This document shows, one piece after another, positions 18,065-28,000 of a DNA stretch of 64,000 nt; position 1 is the first letter of the stretch, and the number at the start of each line of letters is the position of its first letter. The DNA lies in contig PNJK01000005.1 of assembly GCA_013821825.1 (NCBI GenBank), positions 17,703 through 81,702 of the forward strand, given 5' to 3'. Source of the DNA: Rhodobacter sp. GTDB lineage: Bacteria; Pseudomonadota; Alphaproteobacteria; Rhodobacterales; Rhodobacteraceae. A program made the position numbers and the translations under genes. The notes under the pieces were generated by a model that was not told the DNA's origin, ran no database searches, and saw nothing but the letters and a program-made list of their open reading frames with translations.

Positions 18065-19348
18065 ATGCCCGCGATCCCTGATCACCCCCTCCGCTTTGCC
18101 ACCGTGAACGAGCTGCATGCGCGGCCGTTCCCCGCGCTTCAGGTGCCTTCGACCGCGGTCTATGTGGCGATCAAGGAACCCGTGCAGGCGCAGAACCGCG
18201 ACCGGTCCCAGGATCTTGCGCATCTTCTGTCGCTTCTCGACCGGCACGGGTCTGCCCACCCGCAACCCGGCGCCACGCATTTCCAGGCACCGATCGGCCG
18301 GGCCGAGCTGAAATGGGAAAGCCATACCGAGTTCGTCACCTACTCTGCCTTTTCGCGCGGGCTGTCGAAGCGCCCCTTCGACCCGGCGGATGCCGAGATC
18401 CTGCCCGAAGACTGGCTGGCCGGGGCGCCGGGCACACGGATGACCTCGGTCCTGATCCGCATCGAGCCGATGCCAGAGAACGATGCGGCGCTCTTTGCCC
18501 GGCTGGATGACTGGTTCGTCCCCGAAAGTCTGGCTGTCAGCCGGGTGGTGGACGGCGCCGCCGTCATCGCCGGCGATTTCCGCATCGACCCCGCCGGTCA
18601 CATGCGCTTTGCGGTTTTCGTCCAGCCCGGCACCGGGCCGCGCCGGGTGGGTCGCATCGTCCAGCGCCTGTGCGAGATCGAGACCTACCGTGCCATGTCC
18701 ATGCTGGGCCTGATGCGGTCGCGCGACCTGTCGGCCAGGCTGAACGCCTTGGACCCCCGGCTGTCGGCACTGGTTTCCGGCCTCGACAATGCCGAACCCG
18801 CGCCCGAGGCGGCGCTGCACAACCTTCTGACCATCTCGGCCGAGCTGGAAAGCCTCGCCGTCCAGTATTCCTTCCGCTTCGGTGCCACGGCGGCCTATGA
18901 GGCGATCGTCAACCAGCGGATCGAGGTCCTGCGCGAGGCGCGGATCGAAGGCCGCCAGACCTTTGCCGAATTCATGATGCGCCGCTATGACCCGGCGATG
19001 CGGACGGTCAAATCGGCCGAGGGGCGGTTGCAGGCCATGGCCGACCGTGCCCAGCGCGCTGCGGAGCTGTTGCGCACCCGGGTGGACGTCGAACGCTCGG
19101 CCCAGAACCAGAAGCTGCTGGAAAGCATGGACAAGCGCGCCGATCTGCAGCTGCGGCTGCAACGCACGGTGGAAGGGCTGTCGGTGGTGGCGATCAGCTA
19201 TTACGCGGTCAGCCTTACGGCCTATCTTGCTTATCCGCTGGCCGGGGCGCTTGGCATGGGCAAGGAGGCTTTGACGGCGGCCCTCGTCCTGCCAGTGGTC
19301 GGACTGGTCTGGCTGATGGTCCGCCGTATCCGCAGGGCGCTGCACTGA
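18065..19348 (+). CDS. DUF3422 family membrane-anchored protein, function unknown
   Basis: ATG 18065 lies 6 nt after GGAGAG. The N-terminus HPLRFATVNELHARPFPAL, then WESHTEFVTY and CEIETYRAMSMLGL, are hallmarks of DUF3422 as I recall. The C-terminus has two TM helices. Confidence 0.7.
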   Translation: MPAIPDHPLRFATVNELHARPFPALQVPSTAVYVAIKEPVQAQNRDRSQDLAHLLSLLDRHGSAHPQPGATHFQAPIGRAELKWESHTEFVTYSAFSRGLSKRPFDPADAEILPEDWLAGAPGTRMTSVLIRIEPMPENDAALFARLDDWFVPESLAVSRVVDGAAVIAGDFRIDPAGHMRFAVFVQPGTGPRRVGRIVQRLCEIETYRAMSMLGLMRSRDLSARLNALDPRLSALVSGLDNAEPAPEAALHNLLTISAELESLAVQYSFRFGATAAYEAIVNQRIEVLREARIEGRQTFAEFMMRRYDPAMRTVKSAEGRLQAMADRAQRAAELLRTRVDVERSAQNQKLLESMDKRADLQLRLQRTVEGLSVVAISYYAVSLTAYLAYPLAGALGMGKEALTAALVLPVVGLVWLMVRRIRRALH

Positions 19349-19390
19349 CGGACCGGCCCTTTGGCGACGGCCAGCGAAGGCTGCCGCCGT

Positions 19391-20302
19391 TCAGCGCCCC
19401 CGTATTCGCGGGTCGAGCGCGTCACGCAACCCGTCGCCGATATAGTTCACGCTGAGCACGGTCAGCGAGATGGCAAGGCCCGGGAAGATCACCCGCTCGG
19501 GGTAAAGCTGCATGTATTCCAGGCCTTCATAAAGCAGCCGCCCCCAGGTCGGAAAATCCGGCGGAAAGCCAAGGCCCAGGAAGGACAGGACCGATTCCGT
19601 GATGATCGCCTCGGCCACGCCCAGCGTTGCCGCCACCATCACCGGCGATACAACGTTTGGCAGGATGTGGCGCAGGATCACCCGCCGCGACGTCGCCCCG
19701 ATCGAGCGTGAGGCCAGCACGTATTCCCGTTCCTTCAGCGCCAGCACCTCGCCCCGTACGATCCGGGCCGCGTGCATCCAGCTGGTAACCCCGATGGCAA
19801 AGACGATCAGCACGAATGCCCCCATCTCCGGCCCGAGATTGCGCGCGATCTTGTCCCGGAACAGCATGACCATGACGAGGAGCAGCGGGATCAGCGGCAG
19901 CGCCAGAAACATGTCGGTCAGCCGCATCAACGGCCCGTCCAGACGCCTGAAGTATCCCGCCAGTACGCCGACCAGCGTGCCAAGGAAGATCGCGATGATC
20001 ATGGCCACGAAGCCCACCGCAAGGCTGACCTTGCCGGCTGCCATCATGCGCTGCATCGTATCGCGGCCCAGCTGGTCAGTCCCCATCGGGTGAACAAAGC
20101 TTGACCCCAGGTTCTTGCTTTTCAGCGCCTCGGCCACCGACAGCTTTTCCGGTCCCCAGACAAAGGGACCCAGCACCGAAAACACGATCAGGAGCACCAG
20201 CACCACAAGGCCGAACACGGCCCCGCGATGCTTGCGAAACTGCCCCCAGACCGCCGCGCGCAGGGTTTCCGGCGGCGCCACGCCGATGTCGGAGTCAGTC
20301 AT
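19391..20302 (-). CDS. ABC transporter permease (DppC/OppC-like)
   Basis: 303 aa from ATG 20302, which overlaps the upstream permease stop. It has multiple TM helices and a conserved C-terminus, VNYIGDGLRDALDPRIR. Confidence 0.9.
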   Translation of the reverse strand: MTDSDIGVAPPETLRAAVWGQFRKHRGAVFGLVVLVLLIVFSVLGPFVWGPEKLSVAEALKSKNLGSSFVHPMGTDQLGRDTMQRMMAAGKVSLAVGFVAMIIAIFLGTLVGVLAGYFRRLDGPLMRLTDMFLALPLIPLLLVMVMLFRDKIARNLGPEMGAFVLIVFAIGVTSWMHAARIVRGEVLALKEREYVLASRSIGATSRRVILRHILPNVVSPVMVAATLGVAEAIITESVLSFLGLGFPPDFPTWGRLLYEGLEYMQLYPERVIFPGLAISLTVLSVNYIGDGLRDALDPRIRGR

Positions 20303-21302
20303 AGCGGATCCTCGGGTCAAGCATGCCGTAGAGCAGGTCGGCAATCAGGTTGAAGGCCACGATCAGGATCGCGAAGATGAAGGCCAGCGTCTGCACCATC
20401 GGCAGGTCGTTTCCACGGATCGCCTGGATCAGCGCCGAGCCGATGCCGTTCACCCCAAAGAGGTTCTCGGTGATGATGGCGCCGCCGAAGATCGACGGAA
20501 TGCCCAGCGCTATGACGGTGACGACCGGGATGAGCGAGTTGCGCAGGACGTGCTTCAGCACCACCACCTGTTCGTCCAGGCCCTTGGCGCGGGCGGTGCG
20601 GACGTAATCCTGGCCCATGTTCTCCAGCATCGAGGACCGCATGTAGCGGCTGATCGCGGCGGCATTGGCCAGGCCCAGCACCATCACCGGCATTGCCATC
20701 TGGCGCAGCTGTTTCAAGAAGCTTTCCCAGTCGGCGACGACCAGCGTGGTGTCATACTTCGTCGGAAACCAGCCCAGCCAGACCGCGAAGATGATGATGA
20801 AAAGCGTGCCGGTAAAGAAGGTCGGCACCGAAAAGCCGATCATCGCGAACATGGTGCCGAACTGGTCGAACAGCGAATACTGCCGGTAGGCCGAATAGAT
20901 CCCGATCGGCAGCGCGATCACCACACCCAGCAGATAGGCCGTCCCGATCACGGTCAGCGTCTGTGGCAGGCGTTCGCCGATCAGCGGAAACACCGGCGAG
21001 CGGCTCTGATAGCTGATGATCCGCTGCATCCCCTCGGCGAAATTGGTGCCGAACAGGCTATCGAAACCGTTCAGCGGTTCCACCCAGAAGAACTGCTTCA
21101 GCCAGAGCAGATAGCGCACGTGAAGCGGTTCGTTCACGCCCAGCGCCTCAAGGATCTTCATCCGCACCTCGGGAGGTACGGTCAGCGGGATTTCTGACGC
21201 GGGACTGCCCGGCGCCAGATCGACCAGCAGGAAAATGACAAGACTGATCAGCAGAAGCGTCGGGATGGCCAGCAAGAGCCGTCTCAGCGTGTAAGTGAGC
21301 AT
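20295..21302 (-). CDS. ABC transporter permease (DppB/OppB-like)
   Basis: 335 aa. The N-terminus is MLTYTLRRLLLAIPTLLLISLVIFLL and the C-terminus ends DLLYGMLDPRIRYD. Confidence 0.9.
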   Translation of the reverse strand: MLTYTLRRLLLAIPTLLLISLVIFLLVDLAPGSPASEIPLTVPPEVRMKILEALGVNEPLHVRYLLWLKQFFWVEPLNGFDSLFGTNFAEGMQRIISYQSRSPVFPLIGERLPQTLTVIGTAYLLGVVIALPIGIYSAYRQYSLFDQFGTMFAMIGFSVPTFFTGTLFIIIFAVWLGWFPTKYDTTLVVADWESFLKQLRQMAMPVMVLGLANAAAISRYMRSSMLENMGQDYVRTARAKGLDEQVVVLKHVLRNSLIPVVTVIALGIPSIFGGAIITENLFGVNGIGSALIQAIRGNDLPMVQTLAFIFAILIVAFNLIADLLYGMLDPRIRYD

Positions 21303-21405
21303 GGGGCAGGCGCCTCGGATCAGCAGTCTCGGGGAAAGGACGTGGCGGGGACCCCAGGGCCCCCGCCGGCAGGGTGGGCAATCTGCCCGCCCTGCCTGCC
21401 ACAGG

Positions 21406-23109
21406 TCACTTCATGCGGAACCAGTTCTCCGCATTCCAGAGCTCGGTGTCCCAGGTGTTCAGGACCACGCCGCCCAGGGTGTTCGAGGCTGCCGAAAGGC
21501 GACCACGATCCACCAGCGCCACGACGACGAAGCTGTCCTTGGTCAGCATGTCGTTCAGCTTCTTGGCGATCTCGCCGCGCTTGGCCAGGTCGGCGGTCTT
21601 CGACAGCTCGTCAACCAGCGCGTCATAAGCCGGGTCGCAGAAGCGGTTGATGTTCTCGCCCTGCCACTGGTTGTCCGGGCCCGGGATCTTGTCGCACTTG
21701 TACTGCGCCAGATAGGGTTCCGGATCGGTGCCGTCGAAGTTGTTGGCGTACATCTCCACGTCGGCGTAGAACTTCTGGAACGTGTCGGGGTTGCCCGCAT
21801 CGCCGCCGAAGAAGACCGAAGCGTCGATGTTCTTCAGTTCGACTTCCACGCCAAGCTCGGTCCACCAGTCCTTGATCACGGCCTGGAAGTCCTGACGCAC
21901 CGGGTTGGTCGAGGTCTGGTACAGGATCTTCAGCTTCATCCCGTCCTTTTCACGAACCCCGTCACCATCGGCGTCAACCCAGCCCGAGGATTCCAGCAGC
22001 GCCTTGGCGCCTTCCATGTCCTGGGTCAGGCAGCCGGTGTTGTCGGAGGCAAACATTTCAGGCGCGGGCACCAGGTTGCAGGTCGGGCGGCCAGCCGAGC
22101 CGTAGCCGATGTCGACGAGGATCTGCCGGTCGATTGCCATCGACAGCGCCTTGCGGACGTTGATGTCCGACAGGAACGGGTGCGGATTCTTCGTTGTCGA
22201 CCGCTCACCTTCCGGAAGATCCGGCGAGGGGTTGGTCATGTTCATCTCGATCCGCTCGACCAGGGTGCCGAAACCGTTCAGCAGCACACCCTTGCCAGCC
22301 GCAGTCATCTGCGCCTGCTGCTCGGGGTTGATCTGGGTGTTCCAGGCATAATCGAACTCGCCCGTTTCCATCACAGCACGTGCCGCGGCACCGGCATCGC
22401 CGCCGCCCTTGATGGTCATGGTGGCGAAGGCGGGCTTGGCCGGGTCACGGTAGTTCGGGTTCGCGGCCAGCGAAACAGTGTCGTTCACCTTGAATTCGGT
22501 GACGACGAACGGCCCGGTGCCGATCGGCATGAAGTTCTGGTCGGTGCAGGTCGAAGCCGCGGCGCCGAGGCAGTTGGCGAACTGCGCCGCCTGCAGGATC
22601 GGCGAGGTGCCGCCGACAAAGGCGGTATAGGGGTTCGGCTTCGGGGCGGCGAAATTGATGACGATGGTCAGATCGTCCGGTGTCTCGACCGCGGCGATGC
22701 CCTCATACCGCGCCGCCTGGGCGCAACCGCCTTCGGGGTGGGTGCAGTATTCGTAGGTGAACTTGGCGTCAGCCGAGGTGACCGGCGTGCCATCGGACCA
22801 CAGCAGGCCGGGCTTCAGCTTCCAGGTGATCTGGGTCAGGTCAGCGGTGATGCCGCCGTTTTCCACGGTCGGGACCGATTCCGCCAGACGCGCGAAGACC
22901 ACGCCTTTATCGTCAAAGCCCGCCAGGCCTTCCAGGATCAGCGAGGCGGTTTCCACGTCCTTGGTGCCCGAGGACAGGTAGGGGTTCAGGATCGAAGGCG
23001 CCTGCCAGTAAAGCACGTTCACGTTGCCATCGGCCCCGCGCTCGGCAAAGGCAGCTGGCGCAAAGGCCAGTGCCGCGGCAGCGCCCAGAAGGGCGGTTGT
23101 CAGTTTCAT
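21406..23109 (-). CDS. ABC transporter substrate-binding protein, family 5 (peptide/opine/nickel type)
   Basis: 567 aa. The signal peptide is [28 protein letters not shown] lies upstream. The ATG overlaps the stop of the upstream ATPase gene (ATGA). Confidence 0.9.
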   Translation of the reverse strand: MKLTTALLGAAAALAFAPAAFAERGADGNVNVLYWQAPSILNPYLSSGTKDVETASLILEGLAGFDDKGVVFARLAESVPTVENGGITADLTQITWKLKPGLLWSDGTPVTSADAKFTYEYCTHPEGGCAQAARYEGIAAVETPDDLTIVINFAAPKPNPYTAFVGGTSPILQAAQFANCLGAAASTCTDQNFMPIGTGPFVVTEFKVNDTVSLAANPNYRDPAKPAFATMTIKGGGDAGAAARAVMETGEFDYAWNTQINPEQQAQMTAAGKGVLLNGFGTLVERIEMNMTNPSPDLPEGERSTTKNPHPFLSDINVRKALSMAIDRQILVDIGYGSAGRPTCNLVPAPEMFASDNTGCLTQDMEGAKALLESSGWVDADGDGVREKDGMKLKILYQTSTNPVRQDFQAVIKDWWTELGVEVELKNIDASVFFGGDAGNPDTFQKFYADVEMYANNFDGTDPEPYLAQYKCDKIPGPDNQWQGENINRFCDPAYDALVDELSKTADLAKRGEIAKKLNDMLTKDSFVVVALVDRGRLSAASNTLGGVVLNTWDTELWNAENWFRMK

Positions 23110-24176
23110 CGGGTTACTCCTTGCTGGTTGCGCTCTGTTGCCTCGGGTGCGCCGGTTGATCCGGCGGCGGCTGTTGTAGGGTACAGGTGACAGGCCACGA
23201 AACGCCCGGCCTCGACCTCGATCAGGTCGGGCTTCACGGCCCGACAGATGTCCATCACCCTGGGACAGCGGGTGCAGAAATTGCAGCCCAGCGGCGGGTT
23301 TGCGGGCGAAGGGACATCGCCCTTCAGGATGATCCGGCGGCGCTTGGCGGCGATCACCGGGTCGGGTTCGTTGACCGCCGACAAGAGCGCCTCGGCATAG
23401 GGATGCAGCGGGCGCGCATAAAGGTCGTCGCGCGGCGACAGCTCGGCGATCTTGCCCAGATACATCACCGCCACACGGTCCGCGATATGGCGGACCATCG
23501 ACAGATCGTGGCTGATGAAAAGATAGGTCAGACCCAGCCTGTCCTGCAGGTCTTCCAGAAGGTTCACCACCTGCGCCTGGATCGACACGTCCAAAGCCGC
23601 GATCGGCTCGTCGCAGACGATGAACTTGGGGTTAAGGGCCAAAGCCCGGGCGATCCCGATCCTTTGGCGCTGCCCGCCGCTGAATTCATGTGGAAAGCGG
23701 TTGGCGAAGCGGCGGTTCAGGCCCACCGAATCCATCAGTTCGTAGATCCAGTCCTGCTTCTTCTTGTCGGTCCAGTCGGTATGCTCATCCAGCGGCTCAC
23801 CGATGATCCGCGACAGTGTCATGCGGGGGTTGAGGCTGGCCTGCGGATCCTGGAACACCATCTGCATCGTCGGGCGCTTCTTGCGAAGAGCTTCGGGCGA
23901 CAGACGGGCCACGTCCTCGCCGTCGATGATCACCCGACCCGCCGTCGGCTCGTAAAGCCGCAAGAGCGCGCGACCGACCGTCGACTTGCCGCAACCACTT
24001 TCACCGACCAGACCCAAAGTCTCACCGGCATTGATGAAGAACGACACCCCGTCCACCGCCTTCACATCGCCGGTGTGGCGGCGCAAAATGCCGGAGTAGA
24101 TCGGGAAATGCATCTTCAGGTCCTCGACCTGAATCAGGGGCGCGGTCGTCACCGGGGCAGGGCGGGCGTCAAGCAT
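23106..24176 (-). CDS. ABC transporter ATP-binding protein (OppF/DppF-like)
   Basis: From ATG 24176 (MLDARPAPV...). Walker A is GESGCGKST, the signature is [15 protein letters not shown], and Walker B is FIVCDEP. A C-terminal oligopeptide-type extension carries Cys residues. Confidence 0.9.
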   Translation of the reverse strand: MLDARPAPVTTAPLIQVEDLKMHFPIYSGILRRHTGDVKAVDGVSFFINAGETLGLVGESGCGKSTVGRALLRLYEPTAGRVIIDGEDVARLSPEALRKKRPTMQMVFQDPQASLNPRMTLSRIIGEPLDEHTDWTDKKKQDWIYELMDSVGLNRRFANRFPHEFSGGQRQRIGIARALALNPKFIVCDEPIAALDVSIQAQVVNLLEDLQDRLGLTYLFISHDLSMVRHIADRVAVMYLGKIAELSPRDDLYARPLHPYAEALLSAVNEPDPVIAAKRRRIILKGDVPSPANPPLGCNFCTRCPRVMDICRAVKPDLIEVEAGRFVACHLYPTTAAAGSTGAPEATERNQQGVTR

Positions 24177-25194
24177 GCTCCACCTCTTGCGCCGCGGGGG
24201 CGTGCCAATGGCACGCGACATCATGGCCCCGGCCCACCGGGCGGCCATCAATCGCACGCCGCGCCGGATTGGCCTTGTCGCAGGCCTCGTGCCGGTATTC
24301 GCAGCGGTTGCGGAACGGACAGGCCATCAGCGCCTGCGTCAGGATCGGCGGCTGGCCTTCGATGACCTTCAGCCGCGCCTCGCGCCCGCCGCTGATCTTT
24401 GGCACCGTCTTCAGAAGCGCCCTTGTATAGGGGTGCTGCGGATTGGCGAACAGTTCGCCCACCGGGGCCTGTTCCACCACCTGCCCACCATACATCACCA
24501 TCACCCGGTCAGCGATGCCGGCGATCACCCCCAGATCATGCGTGATCCAGATAATCGCCATGCCCAGCTTCTGGCGCAATTCCTTCACCAGCTCCAAAAT
24601 CTGGGCCTGGATGGTCACGTCCAGCGCCGTGGTCGGTTCATCGGCGATCAGCACATCGGGGTCGCAGGCCAAAGCGATGGCAATCATCACCCGCTGCCGC
24701 ATGCCGCCGGAAAACTGGTGCGGATAGGCCTTCAGCCGTTTCCGCGCATCCGGGATGCCAACGAGGTCCAGCAGTTCCACCGCCCGCGTCTCGGCCTCGG
24801 CCTTGGTCATGCCCATATGGGCGCGCAACGGCTCCATGATCTGGTTGCCGATGGTGAACACCGGGTTCAGGCTGGTCATCGGGTCCTGGAACACGAAACC
24901 CACCTTCGCACCGCGCACCTTGCGCAGTTCCTCGGGTGTCATCTTCAAGAGATCGGCGCCGTTCAGCAACACCTCGCCATTACGGATATCTGCCGGGGGC
25001 GCTGGCAGAAGCCGGATCAGCGACATCATCGTCACCGACTTTCCAGACCCGCTTTCGCCCACAACGCCCAGAAGTTCTCCACGCTCGAGGTGAAAGCTGA
25101 CGTCGTTGACGGCGTGAATCTCGCCTCCGCGGGTGCGGAAAACGGTCCTGAGGCCCTTGACTTCAAGGACAGGCAAGGCCCGATCGGCCATCAA
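24169..25194 (-). CDS. ABC transporter ATP-binding protein (OppD/DppD-like)
   Basis: 341 aa. Walker A is GESGSGKSV, the signature is [15 protein letters not shown], and Walker B is [12 protein letters not shown]. Confidence 0.9.
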   Translation of the reverse strand: MMADRALPVLEVKGLRTVFRTRGGEIHAVNDVSFHLERGELLGVVGESGSGKSVTMMSLIRLLPAPPADIRNGEVLLNGADLLKMTPEELRKVRGAKVGFVFQDPMTSLNPVFTIGNQIMEPLRAHMGMTKAEAETRAVELLDLVGIPDARKRLKAYPHQFSGGMRQRVMIAIALACDPDVLIADEPTTALDVTIQAQILELVKELRQKLGMAIIWITHDLGVIAGIADRVMVMYGGQVVEQAPVGELFANPQHPYTRALLKTVPKISGGREARLKVIEGQPPILTQALMACPFRNRCEYRHEACDKANPARRAIDGRPVGRGHDVACHWHAPAAQEVEHA

Positions 25195-25340
25195 GTACCC
25201 CCGCGTCGTTTCTTAGTTCTTGTTATTCTTGGGTCTTTTTGACCCTGTCGTCCACCGGCTGCCCGCTGGCCCGCCAACTGTTTCCGATTTTCCAGACTCT
25301 ATCAATCCCGATTTGCAGTGCGATTCCACACCCATCATCC

Positions 25341-25372
25341 GGCAGAATGACCGACATGCCTGTCATTCTGCC
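25341..25372. promoter_or_regulatory. perfect 11-bp inverted repeat (candidate operator) in the divergent ABC / deacylase promoter region
   Basis: GGCAGAATGAC-N10-GTCATTCTGCC. A TTGACA hexamer follows at 25378..25383, about 40 nt upstream of the ATG at 25424. Confidence 0.35.
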
Positions 25373-25423
25373 AGATATTGACAGGGCCAAGCCCGCCGGA
25401 CAGTCTGACCACAACATCTGGGA

Positions 25424-26599
25424 ATGAACAAAGTGACATCGACACCGGTGCTGACGCCACGTCAGATCCTTGACCGGCTGGTCAGCTATCCAACTGTCAG
25501 CCGGGGTTCGAACCTTGATCTGATCGACTGGCTTGAGGGGTATCTGGCCAGCCATGGAATCGGGTCTCATCGCCACTGGAACGAAGACCGCCAGAAGGCA
25601 GCCCTTTTTGCCCATGTCGGCCCGTGGGAACCCGGCGCGATCGTCCTTTCCGGTCATTCCGATGTGGTTCCCATCGATGGCCAGACCTGGACCGCCGACC
25701 CCTGGACCGTGACCGAACGTGACGGTCGCCTTTACGGGCGCGGCACCTGCGACATGAAAGGATTCGTCGCGCTTGCGATCTGGGCGCTGGTCGAAGGCCA
25801 CCAGCGCGGCCTGTCCACGCCCCTGCAACTTGCTCTCAGCTACGATGAGGAGGTCGGCTGCACCGGCGCCCCCCCGATGATCGCCTCGATGCAAGGCGTC
25901 CTGCCAAAGGGCAGCGCGGTGATCGTGGGCGAACCCTCGCGCATGGGACTGATCACCGGGCACAAGGGCGGCACCGGCTATCATGTCCACCTGAAGGGAT
26001 ATGAGGTGCATTCCTCGCTTCTGCCGCAGGGTGTTTCCGCCATCATGGAAGGCGCGCGGCTGATCGGCTGGGTCAACGACCAGAACGCCGCGATCCGGTC
26101 GCAGACTCCGGGCCCGCTGGCGGCGCAGTTCAACCCGCCTTTTACCACGCTGCATGTCGGCATGATCGTGGGCGGGACCGCGCACAACATCACTGCCGCC
26201 GATTGCCGCTTTGCCGTCGAGATGCGGGTCGTCCCCGGCGAAGACATCACCGAATGGGAGGCGCGGTTTCAGGCCGAGGCCGACCGCCTAGACGCCGCCA
26301 TGAAGCAGGTCCGCCCCGAAGCCGGTGTCCAACTTGCCCGCTTTTTCGGCGTCCCGGCGCTGGTGCCCGAACCGGGCGGCGCCGCCGAAGCGCTGGTCCG
26401 CCGTCTGACCGGCGCCAATACCACCGGAGTCGTCAGCTATGGCTCCGAGGCCGGGCAGTTCCAGGAGGCCGGCTATTCCGCCGTCGTCTGCGGCCCGGGC
26501 GATATCGCCCAGGCGCACCAGCCCGACGAATTTCTCGACCTCGCCGAGTTCGAGGCCGGCCACCGCTTCATGGAAAGCCTGCTGGACGCGCTGAGATGA
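25424..26599 (+). CDS. M20 family deacylase (acetylornithine deacetylase ArgE-like)
   Basis: 391 aa. The metal-binding and catalytic contexts are LSGHSDVVPIDG, GRGTCDMKGF and SYDEEVGCTG. Confidence 0.8.
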   Translation: MNKVTSTPVLTPRQILDRLVSYPTVSRGSNLDLIDWLEGYLASHGIGSHRHWNEDRQKAALFAHVGPWEPGAIVLSGHSDVVPIDGQTWTADPWTVTERDGRLYGRGTCDMKGFVALAIWALVEGHQRGLSTPLQLALSYDEEVGCTGAPPMIASMQGVLPKGSAVIVGEPSRMGLITGHKGGTGYHVHLKGYEVHSSLLPQGVSAIMEGARLIGWVNDQNAAIRSQTPGPLAAQFNPPFTTLHVGMIVGGTAHNITAADCRFAVEMRVVPGEDITEWEARFQAEADRLDAAMKQVRPEAGVQLARFFGVPALVPEPGGAAEALVRRLTGANTTGVVSYGSEAGQFQEAGYSAVVCGPGDIAQAHQPDEFLDLAEFEAGHRFMESLLDALR

Positions 26600-27939
26600 C
26601 CTTTCCGATCCATGACGGCAGCCCGGTCCGCTTTGCCGCCCCGCTGCCGGCGCGGTCGGATGTCGTGGTGATCGGGGGTGGCGTGATCGGCGTCATGACC
26701 GCGTGGTTCCTCTGCCAGAAGGGCTTGGGTGTCACGCTCTGCGAAAAGGGCCGCATCGCGGGCGAGCAGTCGGGCCGCAACTGGGGCTGGGTGCGCCAGC
26801 AGGGCAGGGACCCCGGCGAGTTGCCGATCATGATCGAAAGCCTCGCGATCTGGAAACGCCTTGCCGCCGAGTTCGGCAATGCCCTAGGCTTCAGGCAGAC
26901 CGGCGTCCTTTACCTTGCCAAGACCGACCGCGAGATGAATGGCTTCGAGGCTTGGACGGAACATTCCCGCGCCCATCAGCTTGACACACGGCTGCTGACG
27001 GCCGGCGAAGCGCTCGCCATGCTGAAAGGCGCCGTCGCCCCGTGGAAGGGAGCGCTCTATACCGCGTCGGACGCGCAGGCCGAACCCAGGCTGGCTGTCC
27101 CGACCCTCGCCGTCGCAGCTGCCGACCGGGGCGCGACGATCCGCGAAGCCTGCGCCGTCCGCGCGCTGGATATCGGCGCGGGCCGGGTGAGGGGCGTCGT
27201 CACCGAACACGGGCGTATCGCCTGCGACCATGTGGTCCTGGCCGCCGGAGCCTGGTCGCGCCTGTTCCTTGGCCGGCACGGGATGCGCATCCCGCAGCTT
27301 TCCGTCCTTGCCTCGGTCGCCGCTACCGAACCTATGGCGGAGATATTTCCCGGCAACGCCGCCGACGACGACTTTGCCTTCCGCCGCCGCACCGATGGCG
27401 GCTATTCCATTGCGCCCGGCGGGTCGGAGCATGACTTCTTCCTTGGCCCCGACGCCTTCCGCAGCCTGCGCTCCTATCTGCCGATCCTGAAGAAGGACCT
27501 CCGCCACGCCCGGTTTCGCCCGATGGCGCCAAAAGGCTTTCCCGATGCCTGGGGCGCAAGGCGCCACTGGGCCGAAGACGAAGCCACCCCGTTCGAAGCA
27601 ACCCGGATCCTGAACCCGGCACCCAACCTGAAGACCTTGGGCCGCGTGCAAGACGCTTTCGCCAGCGCTTTCCCCGGCCTTGGCCGCCCGAAGCTGCGCG
27701 CGGCCTGGGGCGGGATGATCGACACGCTGCCCGATGTCGTCCCGATCGTTGACCACGCCCCGATCCCCGGCCTGACCATCGCCACGGGGATGAGCGGGCA
27801 TGGCTTTGGCATCGGCCCTGGGATGGGTCGCGTCATTGCCGACCTCGTGACCGGCGGGACAGTTGGGCATGATCTCGGCCGCTTCCGGTTCAACCGCTTT
27901 ACCGACGGCACGAAAATAGCGCCGGGACCAAGCCTCTAG
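26596..27939 (+). CDS. FAD-dependent oxidoreductase (DAO family)
   Basis: ATG 26596 overlaps the deacylase stop (ATGA). The product is 447 aa. The dinucleotide fold is DVVVIGGGVIGVMTAWFLCQKG, followed by GEQSGRNWGWVR. Confidence 0.85.
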   Translation: MTFPIHDGSPVRFAAPLPARSDVVVIGGGVIGVMTAWFLCQKGLGVTLCEKGRIAGEQSGRNWGWVRQQGRDPGELPIMIESLAIWKRLAAEFGNALGFRQTGVLYLAKTDREMNGFEAWTEHSRAHQLDTRLLTAGEALAMLKGAVAPWKGALYTASDAQAEPRLAVPTLAVAAADRGATIREACAVRALDIGAGRVRGVVTEHGRIACDHVVLAAGAWSRLFLGRHGMRIPQLSVLASVAATEPMAEIFPGNAADDDFAFRRRTDGGYSIAPGGSEHDFFLGPDAFRSLRSYLPILKKDLRHARFRPMAPKGFPDAWGARRHWAEDEATPFEATRILNPAPNLKTLGRVQDAFASAFPGLGRPKLRAAWGGMIDTLPDVVPIVDHAPIPGLTIATGMSGHGFGIGPGMGRVIADLVTGGTVGHDLGRFRFNRFTDGTKIAPGPSL

Positions 27940-28000
27940 CTGCTTTTACTTCGCCGCGCGGCCCGTCTACCGCTGCAGCCCCCTTGGTGGAGCGCGCGCC

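Noticed and set aside
25505-25514. tRNA T-arm-like GGTTCGAACC
   Set aside because: It lies inside the M20 deacylase coding frame (…VSRGSNLDL…), with no acceptor or anticodon stem around it. I found no tRNA-like cloverleaf in any intergenic region.
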